Below are positions 52,077 to 64,000 of a stretch of 64,000 bases of DNA, piece by piece (the stretch's first letter is position 1; each line of letters opens with the position of its first letter). Origin of the DNA: Octopus bimaculoides (lineage: Eukaryota); the NCBI RefSeq assembly GCF_001194135.2, contig NC_068997.1, forward strand, positions 9,269,700-9,333,699. The letters run 5' to 3'. The notes below the pieces were generated by a model. That model was given only the letters and a program-made list of their open reading frames with translations, had not been told where the DNA came from and made no database searches. A program made the position numbers and the translations under genes.

Positions 52077-52299
52077 CCCTTTTGATACCAACCTGGCTGA
52101 AACTGGCTCTGGATCTGTAGTACAAATGTCTTGTTTTCATAAGTTTTGAATTAAAATCTTCCATCAAACCTTAGTCAGAATTTATCTTCCTAATACTAGC
52201 TTAATGATAACTAAGTTATTTTACTAAATTCTTTGTTATATTTGAAATTAATTGAAAAAAAACACAGAGCATCTCAAAACAAATATGGTAATGAAAGGG
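52077..52299. mobile_element. piggyBac-like MITE, second family
   Basis: TTAA at 52073-52076 and 52300-52303; TIR CCCTTTTGATACCA versus CCCTTTCATTACCA (11/14). Confidence 0.8.
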
Positions 52300-52589
52300 T
52301 TAAGAATCCTCAACCAATGTTATCTTTATAATCAATATGAAATCTTTATAACAGAAATTGTATGAATTGTACCAACAAATGTAGTCTGTGACCCAGGTTT
52401 CATTTTGGATGTTTGAACTATTGTAAAACTTTTTCACTCAAATATTGCTAATGTACCTGTAAAAGATATGACCATCACAATCCAATTTGCTCAATGTTTC
52501 CATGAATTCAACAGAAACGGTCAGTACTGAAGGTTACTTCAGAAAATAGAGGTGAAATCATTGACTGTGAAGGGTATCTGTTATCTCTT

Positions 52590-52975
52590 AATTGTTTTAG
52601 TCATTGGACTGCAGCCATGCTGGAGCACTGCTTTGAAGGGTTTTAGTCTAAACGAATCAACCCCCAACACTTATTTCATTTTTGAAGCCTGGTACTTATT
52701 GCATCAGCATCTTTATATCAACAGCCCTATAACACCTTTAAGTTATAAGAACATAAACAAACCAACAGCAGTCATCAAACAGTGGTGGAGGACAAACATG
52801 CATGCAAACACGCACACACACATGATGGGTTTCTTTCAGTTTTCTTCTATCAAATCCACTCACAAGACTTTGGTCAGCCCAAGGTCATAGTAAAAGCCAC
52901 TTACTGAAGGTGCCACACAGTGGGACTGAACCCAGAACTATGTGTTTGGGAAGCAAACTTCTTACTACACAGATA
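52590..52975 (-). mobile_element. Family A SINE
   Basis: Reverse-complement consensus match. Confidence 0.8.
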
Positions 52976-53057
52976 CGTATTCTTTTTTCATAAAGACTGA
53001 AATAACCAAATGCACAGCAAAAGAGGAGTAAAAGATGGGAAGGGCAATTCTTTTCTA

Positions 53058-53808
53058 CTCTAGGTACAAGGCCTGAAATTTTTGCAGAAGGGACTAGTCG
53101 ATTAGATCGACTCCAGTATGCAACTGGTACTTAATTTATCAACCCCGAAAGGATGAAAGGCAGAGTCAACCTCGGTGGAATTTGGACTCAGAACATAAAG
53201 ACAGATAAAATACCACTAAGCATTCCACTAAGCATGCTAACGTTTCTGCCAGCTCACCGCCTTAATTGCAGAGGGCAATTGCCTCTAGGTACCACAGTGA
53301 AGAAGAGGTGCAAAGTTTCTTCTGGTCTATTATCCCTGTTAATTAAAGCACAATAATCTCTGGGCTTGTTGTTGTTGTTGTTTGCTTGTTTTCACTTTTT
53401 TCATAAGACATTTGCTGGTGGGAAGTTGACAAAATCTTAAATGCATTGGATAAAATGTTTAGTGGCATCTCTTCCAGTTCTTCACATTCTGTGTTCAAAT
53501 TAAGCCAAGGTCAACTTTACCTTTCTTCCTTTTGGGCATTGGTAAAATAAAGTACCAATCAAATACTGGAGCCAATATCCAAATATATATTTCTTTATTG
53601 CCCACATAGATGAGACAAACAAGGACAGACAAAGGGATTAAGTCGATTATATCAACCCCAGTGTGTAACTGGTACTTATTTAATTGACCCTGAAAGGATG
53701 AAAGGCAAAGTCGACCTCAGCAGAATTTGAACTCAGAACGTAACAGCAGACGAAATACCGCTAAGCATTTTGACTGGCGTGCTCACGCTTCTGACAGCTT
53801 GACGCCTT
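53058..53808. mobile_element. Family B SINE cluster (minus 53058-53263 and 53620-53808; older plus fragment at about 53440-53580)
   Basis: Consensus matches. Confidence 0.75.
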
Positions 53809-54882
53809 TATCCAAATATAATCAACTAACAACCTTCCCACAACTAACAACCTTCCCACAAAATTGTTGAACCTGTGCCAAAATTTGAAACAATATTTTC
53901 TGTCGTTTCATCCTAAGAATTACTTGTCTCAGCCATACAAACTGACCTTTTGTTAGGTTAGCAGACTTAAATATATTTGTTGTATGTAATTTTTCATAGA
54001 TTTTCAAATACTTGTTGTTGTCTTATCCTTGCCACCATTCACCGGCACCCCGAAGAGAACAATCCCATTGATAATGTACTGAAATTATCCTTCATCTTCA
54101 GTCAACAGCTGACGAGAAGGAATGGTTTCATGTCTGCATCTTGTCTGGTGCATTTTACCAGTTGACTGTGCTTCACTTTTTCATCTGTTAATTAAAGTTA
54201 ATTAAGTGATGCCAACAGTATCTTCGCTCGCACCTCACCCCACCATCAGCAATAGGAATCATCATTATGCTGTGGGGAAACAACAGTCTAAAGTTATTCT
54301 ACTGACAAACCCAAAACCCACACAAGCACTAGCACAAGATAGCCAAATGCTTGAGGTGTCTATTAGTATTTACAACAGTCTAACTACACTAACAAGCAAC
54401 TCTACAGAATCAGCATGAACTACTCTATCTCTGATCTCCAAGCCACCTTCTAATGGGTTATGCTCTCCTCTTTCAAATGCAGCAATCAATTTTTAAAAAA
54501 TAAACAACTATACAATGGTGGGATTTTAGCTACCCTTGGTTTTAACATGGCTTTCTATTCAACTTCTGACATTATAGTGAAGAGTAAGGGTTTCATTGCT
54601 AATTGACCCTTCCCCTTCATGCCAAACCACTCTGTTCTGAATGTATGGTTGGTGGTGTTTACAATGACATCAGAGTTACAGAAAGTGGCTTAGGAAGTGT
54701 CATGCCACCATAGAAAGCAGTTGGTGTCCATACTACTTTCTATAATATAACATGATTTGGGGAAAAGATATTTTATTCAAACAATTACATCTTGTATAAC
54801 TGAAAGAGCCACATCACTTGAATACTATGGAACACTGAACGAACCACAAACACACAAACACACCTGTGTACACACGCGCGCG

Positions 54883-54918
<36 letters not shown>

Positions 54919-55773
54919 AATAGAGATATGTATATACAGATATAGACACATACATACACACAAAAGGAAAGGTGAAAATAGAAGGGAAATAATGCTAAAG
55001 AAATAAACAAATGAAAGTGTATAAAATGTAAGGAGTGAAAAAAAAAAAAAAAAATACGATAAAGATAATAGACAGAGAGAGGGGAGGGGAGGGGAGGAAT
55101 GTGGATAAAATGTATCTTTGACATGCTGAGAAGCCAAAGAAAAGAAAATTTCTTTTGAAATTCAAAATAAAAGCTTCTCCAATTCAGAGTAACTCAAGTA
55201 AAGTCAGGTTTCCTGATATTAAGATTGAGTCTTGTAAAACTGATAAAAGAAGGTTTGATACATGCAAGGACATTATCACAATCGAGAGAAAAATAAAAAT
55301 GTAAACTTAATACATGGACAATCTTAAATGTCTAATAGTATTAGAGAGATATTGTAAGCTATGACAGGGAAACGTTTGACTTAATACATAATATTAACAC
55401 TGTGCTTACTCATGGCTGTCTCAAAAGTTCAAATGTTAAGAATCACACAGATACATGCACACATACAGTGAGGTTCAAATTCGCTTCGCATTTCCTCTCT
55501 CACACTTGTGGCAATGAAATAAGAACCAGTAATATCCTAGGGTTTTTGCTTGATTTAGTTATATGCTCGGCCTCACATCTATCGAAAACATATTCTTTAG
55601 CCAATTGCCATTAAAATCAACATCAAATGCTAATATTATTGATAATGCATAACTTCATTATTGAAATTTTTAACATACTGGTTTCCAGAGTGAGAGCTAA
55701 AACTACTACTACTACTACTACTACTAGTGCTGGTGCTGACAACAATGGGGATATTAGAACTGTTGCTGTTGTT

Positions 55774-55799
<26 letters not shown>

Positions 55800-55805
<6 letters not shown>

Positions 55806-56252
55806 CACGGGCTTCTTTCAGTTTCATTCCACCAAATCCACTCACAAGGCTTTCGTCAGCCTGAGGCTATAGTAGAAGACACCTGCCCAAGGTGCCACAC
55901 AGAGAGAATGAACCCGGAACCAAGTGGTTGGTAAGCAAGCTACTTACCACAGTCACGCCTGCACCTATATATACATATACTTGAGATATATATATATATA
56001 TATATGTACCTGTAATATAAGGAGGATTTGCCTGCAAGAGTCTTGTGCCAGGTGCACGTAAAAAGCACTTGTGCTAGTGCCATGTAAAAGCGCTTGTGTA
56101 GTGCCATGTTAAAAGCACCCAGCACACACTGTGAAGGGCATCCAGCTGTAGGAACCATGCCAAATCAGACTGGAAGCTGGTGCAGCTCTCCAGCTCCAAG
56201 CTGCCAAACCTCTGCCAGCATGAAAAGCTGGCGTTAAAGGATGATGATGATG
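55800..56252. mobile_element. Family A 5' part (minus, 55800-55965) and family C tail (plus, 56040-56252)
   Basis: Consensus matches. Confidence 0.7.
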
Positions 56253-56823
56253 ATATATGTACATACATACATATATGTATATAAATAACAGGCACTCGTA
56301 TATATTGGGCAATAGAATGGATATATTGTTACTATTAATAAAGAAAAAACAATATTCTATTATCATAACAGCCAATTTAGCAATCAGCTTCATGCCAGAA
56401 ATTGAGGAAAACCTTGGCAATCATCAGAAAAGGCTGAAAGGAATGGTGTGGCATGGGCTCTTTTGTCAATGGAGGTCTGAAATATGTCACATCCTGTTTG
56501 CTGGCATTATGGTTGCTGTAAAAAAACAACATGTTTCTACTTCATTGGAGTTATGCCCCTTGTGTTGGCAACAAAAAGGGCGACCACAATATAAGGGGTA
56601 TGTGCCTGTAAGGTAAGGTTCAGGTTGGAATAAAGGTGAGGTAGGGTACAGATTCAGGGGATGTGGAGTTGAAGATGGTGGGGGAGGCCTCTGTGTGTGA
56701 GAATGTTCCATTTTTTATAACATACAGGAGTGAGTCGGGATATTGCATCGAAATGTTCATAGGTCATTAAACAAGTTTTTATGATGGATTGCGTTATAGC
56801 TCTTATTTAAATTGATATATATA

Positions 56824-56880
<57 letters not shown>

Positions 56881-57164
56881 NNNNNNNNNNNNNNNNNNNN
56901 NNNNNNNNNNNNNNNNNNNNNNNNNNNNNNNNNNNNNNNNNNNNNNNNNNNNNNNNNNNNNNNNNNNNNNNNNNNNNNNNNNNNNNNNNNNNNNNNNNNN
57001 NNNNNNNNNNNNNNNNNNNNNNNNNNNNNNNNNNNNNNNNNNNNNNNNNNNNNNNNNNNNNNNNNNNNNNNNNNNNNNNNNNNNNNNNNNNNNNNNNNNN
57101 NNNNNNNNNNNNNNNNNNNNNNNNNNNNNNNNNNNNNNNNNNNNNNNNNNNNNNNNNNNNNNNN

Positions 57165-57197
<33 letters not shown>

Positions 57198-57851
57198 GAT
57201 ATATATATATACATATAGATACATATGTGTACACACACACACATACACAGAGCTCAAGTGACAGTGGTTTGAGAAGCATTTTGAAAGCGCCACTATAGCT
57301 AAAACTACAGGAATCACTCTCAATATAAGTAGCAAACAAAAGCTTTCTATCATGTAATGAAATAGATAAATCAAGTTATTTTATCCTTGTCACCACAGCA
57401 ACCCTCTTTCTTTGTACAGTTCTCACCTTTTACCAAAATGTTGCATTTATTTATTTATTTCTGTGCTTAAATATCAAATTTATCCTATGTCAAACACTTG
57501 CAACAATTACAAAGATGGGAGCATTCTTGCTGATCATGTGACCAACCTTTAACATACTTATTCATATAAATGCTTCAGCAAACCACCGTTTATTACAAGT
57601 TGTCAGTTTAAAACGTTTTCAGTTAGAATATTTTGTTCCCAAAACCTTTTAGATTGCACAACTCCACCACCACCACCACCACTAACAACAACAACAACAC
57701 CACCATCCAATGGTGTGCAATGTGTCATTCAGATCTGCAGCTACCCTGTGTAAATAAAATGGTTTTTGCGCAAAAAAAAAAAAGGATTTGTGTTACTCTT
57801 GTTTCTGTAAAAAATTTAGATAGAAATAAATTGAATGAGAATGTGTGAGGC

Positions 57852-57890
<39 letters not shown>

Positions 57891-57914
57891 TGTGTGTGTG
57901 AAATATATATAGAT

Positions 57915-58325
57915 ATAGGCACAGGCAAGGCTGTGTTGTAAGAAGCTTGGTTCCCAACCACATGGTTCCAGGTTCAGTACCACTGCGTAGCACGTTGGGC
58001 AAGTGTCTTCTGCTAAAGCCCCAGGCTGATCAAAGCCTTGTAAGCAGATTTGGTAGACAGAAACTGAAAGAAGCCCATCATACATATGTGTGTGTGTGTG
58101 TGTGTCTTTGTTTCTATATTTGTCCCACGACACTGCTTCACAACCAGTGTTAGTGTGCTTACATCCCGGTAACTTAGCAATTTAGCAAAAGTGACTGATA
58201 GAATAAGTAGCACACTTCAACCCCCCCCCAAAAAAAAAACATGGTTTTTTACTAAAATTTGATTGATTAAAATTCTTCAAGGTAGTGCCCTAGTATGGCC
58301 ACGGTCAAAAGACTAAAATAAATAT
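57915..58325 (+). mobile_element. Family A SINE
   Basis: Consensus match. Confidence 0.85.
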
Positions 58326-58686
58326 AAGACAGAAGATAATGGATCTTGCACCAGTTTGAATGAATCAGTGTTTTAGAAGTTCAATCAATAGAACTACCTT
58401 ATAATATTAACTGGCTGAGTATACCAAAATCTATTATACAATTAATGAAATTAATCTCTGGACAGAGTTGGTAAATCTTTGCAAGTGACAAGTCTGGGAC
58501 TTGGAATTACCTGTACAACCCATCCAATGGATTTCCACAATATTTCAATCTGCCTCATTTCACTTCCAAAGGATTGAGTCAACACAAGAGTAGAAGACAT
58601 GCCAGAGGTGTTACGTAGCAAATATGGAATCTCACTGGGTGAAAAACCTAAACATCTTAACTACTTAGCCATGTGTTCATATCAGC

Positions 58687-58727
<41 letters not shown>

Positions 58728-58728
58728 T

Positions 58729-58783
<55 letters not shown>

Positions 58784-58819
58784 CACACACACGCGCGCTG
58801 ATATATGCTAGTATGAGCT

Positions 58820-58919
58820 CAAGGTGTGTGGCACCTTGGGCAAGTATCTTTTATTATAGCCTTGAGCTGACCAAAGCCTTATGAGTGGATTTGGTAGATG
58901 AAGACTGAAAGAAGCTCAT

Positions 58920-58987
<68 letters not shown>

Positions 58988-59150
58988 CCCCACCACTGTT
59001 TGACATCCAATGTTGGTTTGTTTACATACTCGTAACTTAGTGGCTCGACAAAAGAGATCACTGGGGTAATTCATTTAACTAGAAACTTCTCAAGGCAGTG
59101 CCCCAGCATGGCCGCAGTCTAATGGCTGAAACAAGTGAGAAATAAAAGAT
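58820..59150 (+). mobile_element. Family A SINE (5'-truncated)
   Basis: Consensus match. Confidence 0.8.
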
Positions 59151-60999
59151 TAAGATATATAATGTGCATGTGTATTTGTGTGTATATATGCTCTCAGTCT
59201 CCCTCTCTAGCAGCCTTTAGCCATCCACCCTTCCTGATCTTACCACCGCTGCCGCCATCACCACCACTGCCGCCATCACCACCACTCTCTTCTCTTCACC
59301 TTGTACCTCCACGGTATTATCTGACACCGCATTACCACCATCTTTCTCTCCCTCCCCATTTTCACCTGCTATATTCTCACCTACCCATATATTATACTGG
59401 CTAGTCATATATCTCCTTGACAGCAACAAACCTGTTCCTGTCCCTTCTATCATATTTTAGCCTCTCAACACGTAGGATAAAACTGCCCCCTTCACTTCTA
59501 TATTCTCACCTAGACAAGGAGGCTTTTTTTAATGTTTTACATGACCATCTCACTAGAACTGGTGCCACAAGAAAAGCGTTTTTCAATTCAAACCTCTAAT
59601 AATAGTTTTATTAATTCAAAATGTGATAAAGAATCTCACTTTCCAACCATCATCATAATCATCGTTTAACGTCCGTTTTCCATGCCGGCTTGGATTGGAT
59701 GGTCTGACTGGGGACTGGCAAGCCAGGAGGCTGCACTGGCAATGTTTATGATTTGAAATTCACTACCTTTGTATGGCACCTTGAGTTAGTGTCTTTTCCC
59801 ATAGCCCTTGGTTGATAAAATCCTTGTGAGTAGATCTAGTAGATAGATAGCAACTACAATAAATGACTGTTATATGTATAAACGTGTGTCTACGTATACA
59901 TGTGTGAAAACGTAGGTGTGTGTGTGTGTGTGTGTGTGTTTCTTTACATTTGTACTTGTCTGTGAAACCATTCCGCTATGAGCAGTTTCATTCCTGTCAA
60001 TAGGGTGTCTGCTGGCTTTGTACCTTTGAAGATATGTGGAACAAGATATCCATTACTAGAAAAATAAGCAAGGATTAGTGAGAGGAAAGGCATCCCACTG
60101 TAATGAAAATACTTCAATACTATATTCGTCTAATCCATGACAGCATGACGAAACAGATGTAGAAACAAATAAATTTATATAAATCTTTAATCATGATTTC
60201 TCATTTTTATTTGATTTAAATCAAGCAAGGAATTCATCCTCACCAATAGACTACAGCCAGTCACTTTACTGCATCTGTACATGAGCACCATAGCATTGGA
60301 GGCAATGACCTACCAACCTAACTTTAAGAGTCAGATTCAATTCTTAGGCCTGTCATGAGCAATAGGGGTCATATGGCCAGAGTTTAATCCTGTTTCAATG
60401 GCACAACACCACTTCACCCTTAATGGGATGCTAGTCCATCACAGGGTTAACTTCCCAGCTACTAGCGGAACTCATTTACAACTGAAAGGATTGCAGCAAT
60501 ATGAAATGAAGGGTTTTGCTCAAGAACACAAAACACCACTTGATTCAAGAATCAAAACGATGATCATAGGTTTGTGAGTAAAACACCCTTACCACTAGGC
60601 CATGTACCTTCACAGGTTCCATTCCTGGTCATTGCTACTTCACTTATTCTGCTGATGCCTTTCACATGTAGAATGTCAACAGAACTTGCAGTACTCACTC
60701 ACTGACAGATACTCCTGGTGAGAAAGGACTATCAAATTGCTTTCTTATTGTACAAATGTATGAGATAAACAAATAGCTTTACTTTTACAGACCCTGGATG
60801 GTTGAAAGGTAAAGACAAAACCAATGGAATTTGAACTCAGAATGCTGATACAAGTGATAAACAAACAATATAAATGTGGGGTCAGAATATGAATGACTAA
60901 TGTTTGTGAAATGCTACTCTAAAGTTAATGCTATACCCTGATATTTTTGTTTTTGTTCTCATCCTTTTAAAGCGTAGGACTTATATATGTATGTGTAGG

Positions 61000-61380
61000 G
61001 GCAGGCGTGGTTCTGTGGTAAGAAGCTTGTTTCTCAACCACATGATTCAGGGTTCAGTCCCACTGCGTGACACCTTAGGCAAGTGTCTTGTATATAGCCT
61101 TGAGTAAGCGGATTTGGTAGATGGAAACTGAAAGAAGCCTATGTTATATGTGTGTGTGTGTGTGTGTGTGTGCATGCGTGTGTCTGTTTTCCTCCCTCTC
61201 TCACTGCTTGACAACCAGTGCTGGTGGGCTTATATCCCCATAGTTTGGCAAAAGAGACCAACAGAATAAGTATTAGGCTTTTAAAAGATAAGTACTGGGG
61301 TTGATACATTCAACTAAAAAATTCTTCAAGGTGGTGCTCCAGCATGGCTGCAGTCTAAAGACTGAAACAAGTATAAGACA
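61000..61380 (+). mobile_element. Family A SINE
   Basis: Consensus match. Confidence 0.85.
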
Positions 61381-61382
61381 GC

Positions 61383-61434
<52 letters not shown>

Positions 61435-62239
61435 NNNNNNNNNNNNNNNNNNNNNNNNNNNNNNNNNNNNNNNNNNNNNNNNNNNNNNNNNNNNNNNNNN
61501 NNNNNNNNNNNNNNNNNNNNNNNNNNNNNNNNNNNNNNNNNNNNNNNNNNNNNNNNNNNNNNNNNNNNNNNNNNNNNNNNNNNNNNNNNNNNNNNNNNNN
61601 NNNNNNNNNNNNNNNNNNNNNNNNNNNNNNNNNNNNNNNNNNNNNNNNNNNNNNNNNNNNNNNNNNNNNNNNNNNNNNNNNNNNNNNNNNNNNNNNNNNN
61701 NNNNNNNNNNNNNNNNNNNNNNNNNNNNNNNNNNNNNNNNNNNNNNNNNNNNNNNNNNNNNNNNNNNNNNNNNNNNNNNNNNNNNNNNNNNNNNNNNNNN
61801 NNNNNNNNNNNNNNNNNNNNNNNNNNNNNNNNNNNNNNNNNNNNNNNNNNNNNNNNNNNNNNNNNNNNNNNNNNNNNNNNNNNNNNNNNNNNNNNNNNNN
61901 NNNNNNNNNNNNNNNNNNNNNNNNNNNNNNNNNNNNNNNNNNNNNNNNNNNNNNNNNNNNNNNNNNNNNNNNNNNNNNNNNNNNNNNNNNNNNNNNNNNN
62001 NNNNNNNNNNNNNNNNNNNNNNNNNNNNNNNNNNNNNNNNNNNNNNNNNNNNNNNNNNNNNNNNNNNNNNNNNNNNNNNNNNNNNNNNNNNNNNNNNNNN
62101 NNNNNNNNNNNNNNNNNNNNNNNNNNNNNNNNNNNNNNNAAAAAGGACTGGGCTGATGTTTTGGACCATCAAATTAAGTGGTAAGAAAAAAGACTGGGGT
62201 GAATTCTTGAAGTGTGTGTGTGTGTGTGTGTGTGTGTAT

Positions 62240-62316
<77 letters not shown>

Positions 62317-63334
62317 ATATGTATATATGTATGTATATATGTAGTAGAGAAACATGGCTTAGTGGTTAGAGTGTTGCACTAATGATTGTAGGATTGTGGT
62401 TTCAATTCCTGAACTGGGCAACGTGGTGTGTCCTCGAGCAAAACATTTCAATCCTGCGATGGACCCCGCGTCCCATTCAGGTGGGGAATGTATATGCCAG
62501 AGAATCCAGGAAACCAGCCTTATGAGACCAGGGTTCATGAAGGACCTGTGATCCCTGCATTTGTATATATGTATGCATACATATATGTATTGTATGTATG
62601 CATGTATACATGTATGTTCATGGTATGTATGCGTCTATGTATGTTCTATGTATCTATGCATTATTTGTTTATTAATATTCAGATATCTTTGTTTTACAGA
62701 ATTTTAAATATTAAAACTACTTTTTTGTATCATTAGTACAGAAGTATTATTTGGCTGTCAATAAAGGATTGAAAAGATACAGGACTAATTTTTGGAAGAG
62801 AGAAGATCATTATAGATGCTAATCACTACAACATATTAACACAAGAAGTTATTTTCTGAACAGTGATGGGTCAAAACACAAACTCCAAGAGCCACTAAAC
62901 AGAACAAAACTAAAACCTGTATGAAGTATGATAACCCAATTGTTATAGCCATCTGTGTGGTTATGAAATTAACTTTGCAACTACATGGTTTTAAGTTCCA
63001 TCCTACTATGTGGAACCTTGGGCAAGTGTCGTTACAGCCTTTGACTAAACAAAAACTTGTGAATGAAATTTGAAAGCCATAAACTGTATGTCACATGTGT
63101 ATGTGTATGCATTTGTTTCCATGAGTCTTCACACTGACATCAATTCAGCAATGGTACATTTGCTTACAATTCCATAAACTAGATGTCTTTTATCTTGGTG
63201 ATGTCTGTAGTTTCATGTACAGACCAATGGAATGGAACTACCAATGGTTGATGGCATAAAAGGTATATGGGCATATTGGATGCAACCCAATTTCATCAAT
63301 GCATATTCAAGAAAAACAGTTTCTACTACATTAA

Positions 63335-63554
63335 CCTTTTAGCATCCAGAATATTCTGTCAAATGTAATACTTTTACATTCATATTGTTTTTAATTAACC
63401 ATGTGTTATTTTGTAGCTCCAAAATTTTGATCATGTAATTATATATTTTTAGAATGGCATTGGAGAGTAGGCATGATAGGCTGGATCTGGCTGGTTAGAA
63501 TAATAAACAGGTAGCACAATTGGGCCACATATGGCTGGTTTAAATGCTAAAGAA
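63335..63554. mobile_element. Uninterrupted copy of the 31470-type piggyBac-like MITE (opposite orientation)
   Basis: TTAA at 63331-63334 and 63555-63558; ccttttagcat...aaatgctaaagaa. Confidence 0.75.
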
Positions 63555-64000
63555 TTAAAACATATAATATATGTTCAACTTTGCATACAGACACCAAGGT
63601 GATTTCTTGAAATATATATATATATTTTTTGAAAATAACACATCTTATATGTTATTGATTAAGTACTATACTTAAAAAAAAAACAAGGGTTGGGAACAGG
63701 GAAAGTAACCAGCTGTAGAATATTACATCACTAAGTCTCTTCTTACCCATGCCAGATACATATAGAGCAACATGGCCACCAAACTGATGTTATCCAAATT
63801 CCAATGAAAGAGCCTTATTCCTGGGTTGTTATAAAGCTCTTTCTATATTGGTGAGAAATTTAAAAAATAAAAGAGAGTATACATACATATATGTCTACAG
63901 AGACATATACATACATTTAGTCACTATACACACACACACACTTGCACATATATATATTTTTACATATACAAATACACACACACACACACACATAATTATA

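Noticed and set aside
53990-54240. GC-richer patch with short ORFs on both strands
   Set aside because: No consistent acceptor, donor and frame, and no MBD-like peptide.
54865-54920. (CA)/(CG) alternating tract with Z-DNA potential
   Set aside because: An ordinary microsatellite variant in a genome full of them; no functional context.

Overview
Eukaryotic, AT-rich, microsatellite- and SINE-dense scaffold with 12 N-gaps; the repeat landscape looks like an Octopus (coleoid) genome (inference). The only supportable protein-coding gene is the 3' part of an MBD5 orthologue on the minus strand, four coding exons with canonical GT-AG boundaries and consistent phases: 17459-12726 (a 4734-nt giant exon), 8985-8825 and 4791-4679 (split PWWP domain) and 1480-1339 (C-terminal helix, NLS, stop), about 1715 aa in all. 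I could not find the N-terminal MBD-domain exons in the 46.5 kb upstream. The rest is intronic or intergenic: several tRNA-derived SINE families, 3' ends of Dong/R4-like LINEs in (AAT)n, piggyBac-, mariner- and hAT-like MITEs, and simple repeats. Best leads: (1) an inverted pair of type I hammerhead-ribozyme-like motifs (34775-34942) beside a near-perfect 126-bp-arm palindrome, with further decayed hammerhead cores nearby; (2) an in-frame internal 3' splice site that would delete an aromatic-cage segment of the MBD5 PWWP domain; (3) the symmetric, skippable giant exon with short candidate conserved motifs. I see no clear evidence of a wholly new multi-gene system. Family assignments are from remembered motifs and were not checked against any database.
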